A stretch of DNA of 58,718 nt from Patescibacteria group bacterium (GCA_038063415.1 JBBTVD010000021.1:1-58718), one strand, 5' to 3'. Counted from the first letter of the stretch, positions 47,357 through 57,481 are shown. Translations and numbers: made by a program. The notes: a model not told the origin generated them from the sequence alone.

Positions 47357-49360
47357 TTATTCTGCATTCTTGGAGATAATATAATAGAGAATCGATAGTG
47401 GGCTTCGCTCTTCTATCTTAAGATTCTTGGGAATATCCTGTATCGCAACGGGTTCATAATATGACTTCCACATCCAGATAAGATTTGCCCACTCAGTAGA
47501 GAAGCTGCCACCGGATGCGAGCAAATCCTTTTCATAGGGCTCAAATGACGGCAACGTCCCCAAATAATCAGATGCTGGAGTAAAGGGCAGCAATTGGATA
47601 CCATAAATCATATTACCCTTATCACTAAACCAGGTAGCAAAATCAACTTTGCCTCCCCAGACAATTGATGCAATACGGTGCTTATAGGGAGCTTTATACA
47701 TACCTTTGCTGTCAAACCAATAGTATTTGGCTGCTTCTATTTCGGTTCTGTATAAGGCCAACGCATAATCACGAAGTGTGGTGTTCTTCGTCATCTCACT
47801 CCACAAATATAAGCTATACCACGTATTAATGGCTTCAGAGGTAGACTCTTGATTATTGCCATCGGGAGCTTTTGCTTCACCATCTGCCCACGAATGCCCT
47901 TCATAAATTTCAAAGTTACGAAGGAATGGATACTTGTCTGAGGAACGATCTGTTGTGGCGATATCACTAACCATTTCATCAATAACTGGCTGCACCGTTG
48001 CTTGAATCGTCGGATCCATTCGGGATAGAATTGCTGCTGTCTGAATGTAATACCCATAATGGAAATGATGATCATTGAGTTTTTCATTACCAAATTCAGG
48101 TTTCTTCGCAATGAGACTGGTTTTTGACTCATCATACGAATAGTACTTAAGACTCTCTTTAAAAATTGGCGTTATATAGGTAACTAGCTTCTTCTTTTCG
48201 CTTTCCATACTGAGCGTTTCTGCGATAAGTAGCAGCCTATTTGCGGTCCCAAACCAGGTTCCCATGAAATAATTACGACTTTCTGGAACTGGTTCTTTGA
48301 TAAAGTCAGCAATATCTTTTGTTAGCTGCTTTTTTACTTCAGCTTGGTTTTTTGTTAAGGATGGAAATGTTGCTGAAGGAGCATCAAGTGGCATACTTGT
48401 CGTGAAATTACTTGCTCGAAGTAAGGTCATCTCACCTCGAAGGGTATCGTACGTGCCAATTTCCTCCCCATCACTACTTAAGAAATCAACCTGGTGTGGG
48501 AATAATGCAATAAGCGGTGTGCCAGTTGTTGTAGACAAAGCATACGTACTTACAAGCTCATCTTCTGAAACGGCATACGCTACACGAGTATTGGTAATTT
48601 CACTCTGCGCGCTTGCAATAAACGTATCAATATGAGCAGGATCATCAAGCACCCCAACGAAGATGGTTTTTACTTCTGGAATAGTAAGCGTATTCTTTGT
48701 CTTTGTGACCGCATATGCTTGATCAAAAGAAAAAACGTAATAGGCATCTTTTACTTTTACCAAGAATGATTTTATTGAAAAAGTATCCTCTTTTATTTCT
48801 TTCTCTGGAGAATTCTCGTAGGTGGTAAAAGCATGTTTTGTTTTGATCACCACATCCTGCCCTTTTACCGAGATAACAGTTGAAGGCACCCCTTGCGTCA
48901 ACATAAATGCTAAGGACTTACTACCAGCACTTGTTAGATCGAGACCGACATTCCAGTCTCCAACATGAGTGACTTGCGATTTTGTTATAGGTGAAGTAAA
49001 TCCAATGGTAAAGTCCTCATCATATCCGGCAAAGATCGTCTTTTCAGTTCGATTTACTTTGGGAAAAGAAAATCCAAGACCATCTGAAGTGAGTTTGTAG
49101 GCAAGTGGGAAAGCATACAGCGCTTGTGAAGGAAAAGAAGCTACCGAGCTATACCATTTGTTTGATTTAACTGTCGAGAGGGAATGTTCAGCACTTACAT
49201 CCACTGTTTTTGTTCCTGAAGGTTGGTTGCTAACCATTCCAGTAATCGCCTTGGGGATAGTATTCTGTGCATAAACAAAAGAGAAATAGACAACTCCAAA
49301 AAAGAGAGCCGTTCCTGCCATAAGGAAAAAAAGGATAGTCTTGTGTGATTTACTTATCAT
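47357..49360 (-). CDS. GH81 endo-beta-1,3-glucanase, N-terminally membrane-anchored or exported
   Basis: SNKWYS, NDHHFHYGYY, YPFLRNF..Y.GHSWA.G, DGNNQESTSEA, YGIQLLPFTP. Confidence 0.9.
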   Translation of the reverse strand: MISKSHKTILFFLMAGTALFFGVVYFSFVYAQNTIPKAITGMVSNQPSGTKTVDVSAEHSLSTVKSNKWYSSVASFPSQALYAFPLAYKLTSDGLGFSFPKVNRTEKTIFAGYDEDFTIGFTSPITKSQVTHVGDWNVGLDLTSAGSKSLAFMLTQGVPSTVISVKGQDVVIKTKHAFTTYENSPEKEIKEDTFSIKSFLVKVKDAYYVFSFDQAYAVTKTKNTLTIPEVKTIFVGVLDDPAHIDTFIASAQSEITNTRVAYAVSEDELVSTYALSTTTGTPLIALFPHQVDFLSSDGEEIGTYDTLRGEMTLLRASNFTTSMPLDAPSATFPSLTKNQAEVKKQLTKDIADFIKEPVPESRNYFMGTWFGTANRLLLIAETLSMESEKKKLVTYITPIFKESLKYYSYDESKTSLIAKKPEFGNEKLNDHHFHYGYYIQTAAILSRMDPTIQATVQPVIDEMVSDIATTDRSSDKYPFLRNFEIYEGHSWADGEAKAPDGNNQESTSEAINTWYSLYLWSEMTKNTTLRDYALALYRTEIEAAKYYWFDSKGMYKAPYKHRIASIVWGGKVDFATWFSDKGNMIYGIQLLPFTPASDYLGTLPSFEPYEKDLLASGGSFSTEWANLIWMWKSYYEPVAIQDIPKNLKIEERSPLSILYYIISKNAE

Positions 49361-49364
49361 GGTA

Positions 49365-50141
49365 TTATTCTTTCAAAGAAAGTAGTCCGTTCCAAAAATT
49401 TACAAAGAAATCGATTGGCTTATTGATCTGATCTTCATCAGTTACCACTTTTAATTCTAAATCTTCATTATGAAGCAGACTTGCAGCATCACTTTTGTCA
49501 GCAAAGACAAAATAAAGCCCCAACTTTTTTGCATTAATTTCCTTATCTTCTTCTGCTTCGGGCTTTAGCTTTTCAGCTTTTACCTGAAAACTTTGGTTGA
49601 GTCGAGCACTATACGCTTTGATATTTTGCAGCTTTTGCACCTGCTGATACTCCTCAACAGTCAACTCCGAAAGGAACCGTACATGCTCACTTGAATAGAT
49701 TTCCATTGCTTTGGATAGATCATTGACCGGACCTCCTTCGGTAATCGTAATTTCTCCAACAATCCCATCAACTGATGAGACAATAATCAAATTTTTCAAC
49801 TCTTCTTCAGCAACCTTTGCCTCTGTTTGCGCTGAAACATTGTCTTTAAATTCTTTTAATGAATTTATTTTTGAACGAAGCATCGGATTGTCAATTCTCA
49901 CCAACACTTGCCCTTTTTTCACATGATCACCAGTCTTTACCTTAATTGAGGTTACAATACCATCAGAAAGTGCTAGCACAGGAACAATTTGCTTTACCAC
50001 TACCCCATGGATATCATTGGTGTTTTCTGCACGATACTCATTTACTTTTTTGGTAAGCGCAATGGTTGCGACAGAAATTGCCAACACGGCAACAATAGTG
50101 AAAAAAAGAATGTTTAAAATAATACTCCAAAAACGTTTCAT
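49365..50141 (-). CDS. HlyD/membrane-fusion-like adaptor (lipoyl-like halves, short coiled hairpin)
   Basis: N-terminal TM; 'SDGIV..I.VK.GD.VKKGQVL.RI' and 'I.SSVDGIV..I....G..V'. Confidence 0.78.
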   Translation of the reverse strand: MKRFWSIILNILFFTIVAVLAISVATIALTKKVNEYRAENTNDIHGVVVKQIVPVLALSDGIVTSIKVKTGDHVKKGQVLVRIDNPMLRSKINSLKEFKDNVSAQTEAKVAEEELKNLIIVSSVDGIVGEITITEGGPVNDLSKAMEIYSSEHVRFLSELTVEEYQQVQKLQNIKAYSARLNQSFQVKAEKLKPEAEEDKEINAKKLGLYFVFADKSDAASLLHNEDLELKVVTDEDQINKPIDFFVNFWNGLLSLKE

Positions 50142-50143
50142 AG

Positions 50144-51625
50144 TTATTCTGTTAATCCATTCTTAATAAAAGCAAACAAAAAATAAGCGTTCATTAGCAC
50201 CCAGAAGGTGGTAATACTGGTTGTGACGATATCAACGGGATTAAACCAACCTACCAGTACCGATAGTAATGAAAGAATAATGATAAAGACATGAGGCCAG
50301 ATATCAGTCATTATAACAGAAAGCGATTTTCTTTTTGATTCAGTTGCGACCCATGTATAATGATTTTTTAAGACAACTGAAAAGAATGCTTTAATATACG
50401 GATAAAAACTTGCCATTGATGTACTGATTGTCGAAAGTCGTAAACTACCAAGCAAAAAAATAGGCAAGAAATAGACCGTCAGAAAATAAGGAACATAATG
50501 CTCCAACCAAATATTTCCATGAGACAAATTCATCGGATGTAGGCCAAAAAGGAGATAAAAAATTGGTAATGTAATATAAATAAGTACCGAAAAAGCACCA
50601 AAGTAATGGAGATTGGAAAAGAAATACTGTAATTTCTGGTCAGAGGTCAAACCACTGACAAACAGTGGATTATGAGTAAAGAAGAGAGAGAACCCACCTC
50701 TCGCCCATCTATTTTGTTGGCGGAAAAAAGCATTGATCGTTTCTGGAGCAATTCCTTCTGCAAGTATCTTGTTATAAAAAATTGATTCAAACCCTTTTTC
50801 ATGCAACATAATCGTTGTCCAAACATCTTCTGAGTGATTTACCTTTGCAATGCCTCCTATTGCTTCAATCGAAGACTTTCGATAAATCATATTGGTTCCC
50901 ACACAAAAAGAGGCATTTGAACTATTCTTTGCTGGCTGTACATATTTATAAAACACATCTTGTGCTTGTGCTGTCCCCGAAGCGATAAAACTATGTGTGT
51001 TAACAAAATGCTGTGGTGTTTGTACAAGAGCTACTTTTTCATTTTCAAAAAATGGTAAAAGCTCGGTCAAAAAAGTCTTCTTCGGGATATGATCCGCATC
51101 AAAAACCGCGAAGAACTCACCATGGAAAAATTTAAGACCGTAATTTAAGTTACCTGATTTTGCATACCCTTTTGCGTGTGCGGGACGCGCGATATAAAAA
51201 GCACCAACTTCCTTGGCAAAAGCTTCTACCTCAGCAGATTTCCCATCATCCAAGATGCAGGTTTCATGTAGATAGTCCATTTTTACGGCGTTGATGACTG
51301 TTTTACGAATAATCTCAATTGGTTCGTTGGCTACTGGGATAAAAACACCAACTCGTAATTTGTTTTCTTCGATCCATGCTTTTTTATATCGATATTCTCT
51401 TTTATGATACTCAGGCAAAATAAGATCGAGCAAAATCGTCAGCCACAACGTCCCCAACACCACAATTGCGATAAAATCCGCGACTATTTGTAAAATATAC
51501 AGATAGATATTTCCCGCATTTACCGGATTAAAAACATATACGGCATAATATAAAATCGTAAATGGCGCAAGCAGAATAAAAAGAAGCGCGGTATTTTGTA
51601 ATTTTTTTGTTTTGATTGTTCTCAT
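50144..51625 (-). CDS. Processive GT2 beta-glucan synthase (BcsA/CrdS/BgsA-like) without PilZ domain
   Basis: LDDG, YAKSGNLN, FDADH, QTPQ.F, FCVGT, SED, QQNRW (QxxRW); 2 N-terminal plus ~4-5 C-terminal TMs. Confidence 0.88.
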   Translation of the reverse strand: MRTIKTKKLQNTALLFILLAPFTILYYAVYVFNPVNAGNIYLYILQIVADFIAIVVLGTLWLTILLDLILPEYHKREYRYKKAWIEENKLRVGVFIPVANEPIEIIRKTVINAVKMDYLHETCILDDGKSAEVEAFAKEVGAFYIARPAHAKGYAKSGNLNYGLKFFHGEFFAVFDADHIPKKTFLTELLPFFENEKVALVQTPQHFVNTHSFIASGTAQAQDVFYKYVQPAKNSSNASFCVGTNMIYRKSSIEAIGGIAKVNHSEDVWTTIMLHEKGFESIFYNKILAEGIAPETINAFFRQQNRWARGGFSLFFTHNPLFVSGLTSDQKLQYFFSNLHYFGAFSVLIYITLPIFYLLFGLHPMNLSHGNIWLEHYVPYFLTVYFLPIFLLGSLRLSTISTSMASFYPYIKAFFSVVLKNHYTWVATESKRKSLSVIMTDIWPHVFIIILSLLSVLVGWFNPVDIVTTSITTFWVLMNAYFLFAFIKNGLTE

Positions 51626-53619
51626 TGTTTTTTCTTATGGTGAATAAACCCTAGATAGATTCGAGCTATCACAATTTGTATCGGAATAAGTAGGATCAAA
51701 AAGACTCCAATATGGAAATAAACTGGCCAGCTATGTTTGAGTACCAATTCTCCACCAGCCTCTTTATTATCCAAGCTAACAAGCATAAAGTTAGGACCAC
51801 TTGGCCGTATCTTTTGCTCTCTCCCATCAAAATAGGCTTTCCAACCAATATCGTGACTCTCATTGATATAGACCAAATTACTTGCTCTATTGGCAGGAAT
51901 CGAAACTTGCAGCGTATCAGGTGTAGGATAGACTACCGACAATGGAATGTTTTCAGATTTATATAAGATACCACTTAACCGTTTTACGTAATCGTCAAGG
52001 GCTATTTGATCATTGACGCTTGAGAATTTCAGATCAAAAGGGAAATGCTTTAAAGCTTTCTCATCCTTCTGATCAACCAGGACACTATTTCTCGTTTCCC
52101 AAGGCACTTCAAACCCATGATAAAGAGAAGTACTTGTCTCAATCTCCCCTAAATCCTTATAACCCAGCTGTGTTTTATTTTTGTATGAGTAAGTAAATGG
52201 AGAACTCTTTTCAAAAATGAGATACCTTGTTCCGGTGATTTTATAATAATCACTCAACCGTTGCAATGTGGCATCAGGTGCTTCCTCAAAATACGGGTGA
52301 TAAAACATAAGCTGAGACAATCGCTGTGGAATTTGATTTGAATCCATATGTTCCATATATGAGTATGGATATTTAGCATCAGCCGGCCCCAAATAACTTG
52401 ACCAATGAATCGTTGGTGTAAAAACTCTTGCACTTGCCGTATCAATCAGTTGCTTGTCGTGTGCTACGGCAACCACATCTTCTGCTTTTTTAATTGGCTG
52501 CGGAGAATAGATACTGGTAAACCATAATCCTTCGATCAATGAGAGGAGAAAGATAAAAACAACAACTCCCTTAAATACACGGGATTTAAGCTGGATAATT
52601 CGCTCAACTACTACAGCAAAAGTAAACAAAATAGCAATGCCGATTAACGTCGTTCCACGAGAATACTGAAATTGATATAACGCCCCCGGAAGATCAAGCG
52701 AGACACCAACAATAATAAGTGTCAAATAAATGAGTGAGAAAACAAGCAACACCTTTGCCCAACCAAGTTTGGCTGGAAGCGGTTTGAACATCCAGAAAAA
52801 AGATAATCCAAGTGCAAGAAAAAGAAAGAGACTCAATCCATAATAACTATATTTTGAGATAGCAAAGTCGAGAAAATATTGTGTTGAAAAAACTGGGTTT
52901 GAATAAAAATAAGATAACTTACTGACAATCGGAAACCAAAAAAGTGATGACGTCGCAAGGATAATAAGAAATTGTATAAAAATAGGCCAAGAAATAATTT
53001 TTTTCTCAGAAAGAATAACTGATAATACCCATAATCCCATCGCACTAAAGCCAAGCAGGGGATGCATATAAAAACAACTACCTGCAATATAAGGGTATAC
53101 ATACTTTATTTTCCCCTGATGGTATTTTGTCCAAGCAAAAATGATAAGTGGAAAAAAAGTAAAGGCAAAAAGCAAAGAATAGTCTCCAATGCCACTCCAA
53201 TATTGCCCAATAGCAAAAGATAAAATGGCACAGATAAAAGCGGTAAGAGGGCTAAAGCTAAGAAGACGCAAAATAAAATAAATGAGAAGTCTTAACCCAA
53301 CAAATTGAACGATAGTCATAATCACCATTGCGCGATGTATCTCTAGATGCAAAAGTTCGGCAATCCCTAAAGTCAGATAGTGAGGAATAAATTGGTAGCT
53401 ACGCCAAATACTAATGCCATTGGACCAGGCGTGCACCCACGAAGTAAATCCATAGTCTTCAAGAAGTTTGATACGAAAAGATTGTACGATCCAGTCAGCA
53501 TACCCTGTTTGCAGATATTGTGCGTCAAAATAAAAAGAGATGAGAGCTAACGAGATAGTTGTTAACAACGAGAGGAAAAGAAGATCGAGTAAAAAAACTT
53601 TCTTAAATATCTTATGCAT
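51622..53619 (-). CDS. YfhO-like / GT-C polytopic membrane protein
   Basis: 'W...WSNG..I..SYQ', many TMs, C-terminal 'INES.D.GWKAY.DG' followed by a last TM. Confidence 0.72.
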   Translation of the reverse strand: MHKIFKKVFLLDLLFLSLLTTISLALISFYFDAQYLQTGYADWIVQSFRIKLLEDYGFTSWVHAWSNGISIWRSYQFIPHYLTLGIAELLHLEIHRAMVIMTIVQFVGLRLLIYFILRLLSFSPLTAFICAILSFAIGQYWSGIGDYSLLFAFTFFPLIIFAWTKYHQGKIKYVYPYIAGSCFYMHPLLGFSAMGLWVLSVILSEKKIISWPIFIQFLIILATSSLFWFPIVSKLSYFYSNPVFSTQYFLDFAISKYSYYGLSLFLFLALGLSFFWMFKPLPAKLGWAKVLLVFSLIYLTLIIVGVSLDLPGALYQFQYSRGTTLIGIAILFTFAVVVERIIQLKSRVFKGVVVFIFLLSLIEGLWFTSIYSPQPIKKAEDVVAVAHDKQLIDTASARVFTPTIHWSSYLGPADAKYPYSYMEHMDSNQIPQRLSQLMFYHPYFEEAPDATLQRLSDYYKITGTRYLIFEKSSPFTYSYKNKTQLGYKDLGEIETSTSLYHGFEVPWETRNSVLVDQKDEKALKHFPFDLKFSSVNDQIALDDYVKRLSGILYKSENIPLSVVYPTPDTLQVSIPANRASNLVYINESHDIGWKAYFDGREQKIRPSGPNFMLVSLDNKEAGGELVLKHSWPVYFHIGVFLILLIPIQIVIARIYLGFIHHKKKQ

Positions 53620-53706
53620 GGTAAATATCTATGTTAAATAGATAGTCATTTATTCTACCACAAAAGAGCGAAAGAAAGAAAATACTAATAAGAATAGAGG
53701 AAAGAA

Positions 53707-54528
53707 TTATAATTTTCTGAAGTACCCATGGGTTTCACCACCAGCAATAAGCACGCCTACTTGTTCTTTTTTATCTTTAAAGAATTCATCGCAGGCTTTC
53801 TTAACCCCTGGCAAGATATTGTTGACGTCGTGAACCTTGGGATCACTATAGTCATCGATCACCACAATTGCCCCTTTGGACAATTTGGGATAGACATTGA
53901 TAAGGCTCTCAAAAATTGAGGAGTAAAAATCTCCATCCAAATGAGCAAAACTTATTTGCTTGGGCAATCCTTTTGGCAAGGTATCTGCAAACCATCCTTC
54001 ATGAATTTTTGGCAATTTAGTTTTGTGCTGTTTAAAATTGTGTATGAGTGCTTCTTTTTGGGTTTTACAGCTTCCAGCATAAAAAGCAGTAACACCATCT
54101 TTTGTTGACTTCTCTGGTAGGCCTTCAAAAGAATCGTAAGCATGAATCGTTTTTTTGGAACCAAGCTGATCGAGTGTTTTTTGTATCAGGATTGAGGTCG
54201 TGCCGTCATACGAACCAAGTTCAACGATATCTCCGGGGATCTTCAGCAGTACCGTTTGTGTCAGGAGATGGTAGATATTAATGGCTTGCTCGACATTTGA
54301 CCAATCTCCAGCAAGCATATTTTCTTTGGAATCATACTTTTTGGTATTTTTGATCTGATATACACGATTTAAGTTATCGTTTTTGAATTTGAGTTTGAGA
54401 AATCGTTGGTTGCCATTAAAGAACTTAATCATTTGGGCAAGAATATTTCTTTTGGTGTCTGTTTTTGTTTTTTGTTTTTGAAGGCTAAGGATGAAGGTGT
54501 TATCAATAGGGTTAGTACTTTTGCTCAC
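53707..54528 (-). CDS. TylF/MycF/NovP-family O-methyltransferase
   Basis: IPGDIVELG, YDSFEGLP, GWF.DTLP, HLDGDFYSS, IDDY; start uncertain (GTG 54528 chosen from upstream TATAAT). Confidence 0.88.
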   Translation of the reverse strand: MSKSTNPIDNTFILSLQKQKTKTDTKRNILAQMIKFFNGNQRFLKLKFKNDNLNRVYQIKNTKKYDSKENMLAGDWSNVEQAINIYHLLTQTVLLKIPGDIVELGSYDGTTSILIQKTLDQLGSKKTIHAYDSFEGLPEKSTKDGVTAFYAGSCKTQKEALIHNFKQHKTKLPKIHEGWFADTLPKGLPKQISFAHLDGDFYSSIFESLINVYPKLSKGAIVVIDDYSDPKVHDVNNILPGVKKACDEFFKDKKEQVGVLIAGGETHGYFRKL

Positions 54529-54588
54529 AATAAAACTATTATACACTAGATCATTCCCTATCGTCTAATGGGAAGAGAAATTTTATAA

Positions 54589-55287
54589 TTATTTAAAATA
54601 TGTTTTCACCATAGGATATATTTCTTTTTCCCAAAGAGCGTATTGTTTTGCCGAAGGATGCAATTCGTCAGCGGCAATCAAACTTGGGTCAGTACGTGCT
54701 TTTTGACTAAGAGGATAAATATCGACCACATGGAGATTTCGTTTTTTACCTTCTTCTTTAATGATTTCATTGAATTCGGAAATTCCAACTGCGATATCTC
54801 GCCCATTACTATACCGCTTGCCTGTGGGTGTGACAGAAAAATCAGGAATGGTGATAAGAAGAAGATTTTGCTTTTGTGAAAGATTTTGCTGCATACGATC
54901 AAGAATAACAATAAGATTGTTATGAAACGTTTCCTTATCCACTCCCTGCACCCAATCATTGACGCCAATAAGAAGTGTAGCAAAAGTTGGATTAGACCTA
55001 TCATACAGAGGGAGTTCTTTATCAATAACATCCTGTGTTGTCCAACCAGTTACGGAAGGATTGGCAATAAGTCCAATATCGATTCCCTCTTTCTGTAAAT
55101 GATCCACGAGCAACACAGGCCAAGATTCTCCTTCTGACGCTCCTTCTCCAATCGTATATGAATCTCCTAGTGCGACATACCGTATTGTGTGAGAATTCAC
55201 TTTTTGCATATTTTTATTATTCTGAATTACAAAGATAATAGCAATGATAACAATTATAATTACCCCAATGAGAATATACTTGTTCAT
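54589..55287 (-). CDS. SGNH/GDSL hydrolase with N-terminal TM
   Basis: ALGDSYT, G.TT, IGVND, DELHPS blocks. Confidence 0.9.
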   Translation of the reverse strand: MNKYILIGVIIIVIIAIIFVIQNNKNMQKVNSHTIRYVALGDSYTIGEGASEGESWPVLLVDHLQKEGIDIGLIANPSVTGWTTQDVIDKELPLYDRSNPTFATLLIGVNDWVQGVDKETFHNNLIVILDRMQQNLSQKQNLLLITIPDFSVTPTGKRYSNGRDIAVGISEFNEIIKEEGKKRNLHVVDIYPLSQKARTDPSLIAADELHPSAKQYALWEKEIYPMVKTYFK

Positions 55288-56066
55288 CTTTTTTTTTCTT
55301 GCAAGCTGCGTGCTACTTTTGCAGCAAGACTTGGAGGGACAAATCGAGAGATCTCAACACCTATTCTATTCTTAATCCCTGGAACAATAAGCGTTTTGTT
55401 ATTCATCAATCCTTCATAGGCAATTTGAGCAACCAGTGATGCTTTCATATTTTCTCCACTAAAGAGCTTTGAACTTTCTAAATGTGCTTTTTTAACAAAA
55501 CCGGTATCAGTCGGCCCTGGACAAAGAACTGAAAGAGAAACACCAGTTCCCATAAGTTCATTGGCAAGCGCCTCTGAAAATGAAAGCACATAGGCTTTGG
55601 AAGCATAATAAACCGCCATCAAGGGGCCAGGAAGAAAGGCAGCAGTTGAAGCAACATTAAGAATTTTTCCTTCTTTCCGCTTGACCATATTTCGTACAAA
55701 AAGTTTGGTAAGGTGAGTAAGCGTAACAATATTAACTTGCAGCTCCTCCAATTCTTTTTCCAATTCTATTTCAGTAAACAAACCATATGTTGCAAACCCG
55801 GCATTATTAACAAGAACATCAATCTTAATGCCTTTATGATGAAGTTCATTATAGAGTTTAGCTGGAGCTTTGGCATCTGACAAGTCCTTTACCATACAGT
55901 AAATTTCAATCCCTTCTCTTTGTAATTCTTTTCCAGATTGCAAGAGTTTTTCTTTATCTCTTGCAACAAGAACAAGATTGTATGTATTCGCAGCAAAGAT
56001 TTTAGCTAACTCAAACCCAATGCCTGAAGATGAGCCAGTAATAAGGACTGTTTTATTTGCACTCAT
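55284..56066 (-). CDS. Short-chain dehydrogenase/reductase
   Basis: ITGSSSGIG, LVNNAG, YYASK, CPGPT.T. Confidence 0.92.
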   Translation of the reverse strand: MSANKTVLITGSSSGIGFELAKIFAANTYNLVLVARDKEKLLQSGKELQREGIEIYCMVKDLSDAKAPAKLYNELHHKGIKIDVLVNNAGFATYGLFTEIELEKELEELQVNIVTLTHLTKLFVRNMVKRKEGKILNVASTAAFLPGPLMAVYYASKAYVLSFSEALANELMGTGVSLSVLCPGPTDTGFVKKAHLESSKLFSGENMKASLVAQIAYEGLMNNKTLIVPGIKNRIGVEISRFVPPSLAAKVARSLQEKKR

Positions 56067-56123
56067 TTACTTAGTATAACAGGAGATAGCTTTGTGATTT
56101 TGGAGCAAAATGTTAGTTTCTCT

Positions 56124-56151
56124 GTCTTAGAAATGCGGGGATTTCTAAGAC
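56124..56151. other. Perfect 11-bp inverted repeat (GTCTTAGAAAT-N6-ATTTCTAAGAC)
   Basis: Read directly in the 283-bp divergent intergenic region. Confidence 0.7.
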
Positions 56152-56349
56152 GAACTCCCTTTTTAGCCTCAATTCTCAATCAAGCACCATTACAAAACCC
56201 TGTGTTTTTTTATGTCAACTAATACGGTTTCATTATATTTGCTACGGATTTTTTATGCAACTTTTAAGTGAACCAATTAGCTCTGAATGGAATACCTACT
56301 AAAGTGGTTGTAGTAGGATTTCGTCCTGATTGATGTATACTAGAAGCAC

Positions 56350-56712
56350 ATGCCAAGACAAATTGGACCAGTTGAAGAAAGAATAATAGAAGAGGTTTAT
56401 TTGCATATTCTTGACGCTCCAAGAACAAGAGTACGAACTGTTACTATTTCAAAGTTGCAAAATTCACCATCTCCTCTTGATCCCAATAATCCAACAGCAC
56501 ATCTACCAGCGAGTCATGTGTGTCATGCGAATCTTCTAGATAATGTTGACATACTAAAAGCATTGGAGGGAAAAGAGTATGCGAGGATTGATATAAAAGA
56601 TAATGATGGCACAATATTAGTGAAAATGCACAATGCAAAAATAATAGATGTTAATATTGAATCAGAGGAAATTACCATTGACTTGGGGATTTTAGCAATA
56701 CCTAATTCTTAA
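56350..56712 (+). CDS. Hypothetical protein
   Basis: 120-aa ORF; TATACT 8 nt before ATG. Confidence 0.55.
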   Translation: MPRQIGPVEERIIEEVYLHILDAPRTRVRTVTISKLQNSPSPLDPNNPTAHLPASHVCHANLLDNVDILKALEGKEYARIDIKDNDGTILVKMHNAKIIDVNIESEEITIDLGILAIPNS

Positions 56713-57433
56713 ACACTAAAGGAAACTTCTTTTCAATTACTTCAAATTTTAATGCAAAAACATTAAATGTGTTAATGTTTTCTGTTCTCAGATTTTCATA
56801 AGTAATTTTTTTTGCCATTCCTTTGCGTAAAGATACACGCTCAGGTATAGAATACTTTTTCGCAGTTTCACCAGCGTTAAAAGTAACTGTTTTTGTAAGT
56901 CTTGGCCAAACACGAGTAATTGAGAATGCTCCTGCTGTATTCAATGGTTTGCCTACAATATAAATTGTAGGTTTTGGATTAATATTTTGGAGATTGTCAT
57001 AAATAGACTTAGGATCAAATTTGATCCTTTTATTGATTACTAAAGTAATAAGATCATTCTCAGAGTAGCTTTTCTTCTTTGACAATTTTGTTCCCATAAG
57101 AAATTCAAACGGGTCATTAGTTTCCATATGCTCTTCCATCTCGACAAGCTCTATTTGTACCATTTCCAGCAAGATTGGCTTATTTGGTATTTCAGTTAGT
57201 TTTGCAGCCATTACATCCGGGGATGGTGATTGATTGTTTGATTGCATAAAGTATTTGTTTTCTGGACTTAGTTCATATGCTCCTAGTAAAGTAATTGCAC
57301 CCATGAACATCTCTTGCGCACGTCTGAAAACAGGATCTTCAATTTTTGACTCATAAACCTGACTCAGTTTGCTAAATTCCTTTATAATCCTGACTGGAGA
57401 GTACCATGGTTCTTGTTGTTCATTGTAGTCCAT
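56702..57433 (-). CDS. Hypothetical protein, possible PD-(D/E)XK-like fold
   Basis: 243 aa; TATAAT 6 nt before ATG; 'E...SPDV...IELVE' pattern. Confidence 0.55.
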   Translation of the reverse strand: MDYNEQQEPWYSPVRIIKEFSKLSQVYESKIEDPVFRRAQEMFMGAITLLGAYELSPENKYFMQSNNQSPSPDVMAAKLTEIPNKPILLEMVQIELVEMEEHMETNDPFEFLMGTKLSKKKSYSENDLITLVINKRIKFDPKSIYDNLQNINPKPTIYIVGKPLNTAGAFSITRVWPRLTKTVTFNAGETAKKYSIPERVSLRKGMAKKITYENLRTENINTFNVFALKFEVIEKKFPLVFKN

Positions 57434-57481
57434 GCTCGCATTATATACGATAATCTCTAATTTAGTGTTACTGTATGGTAT

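Noticed and set aside
50144-51625. Calling the GT2 bcsA (cellulose synthase)
   Set aside because: No PilZ domain, no bcsB/bcsZ, and the partner hydrolase is beta-1,3-specific GH81; linkage cannot be assigned from motifs alone.
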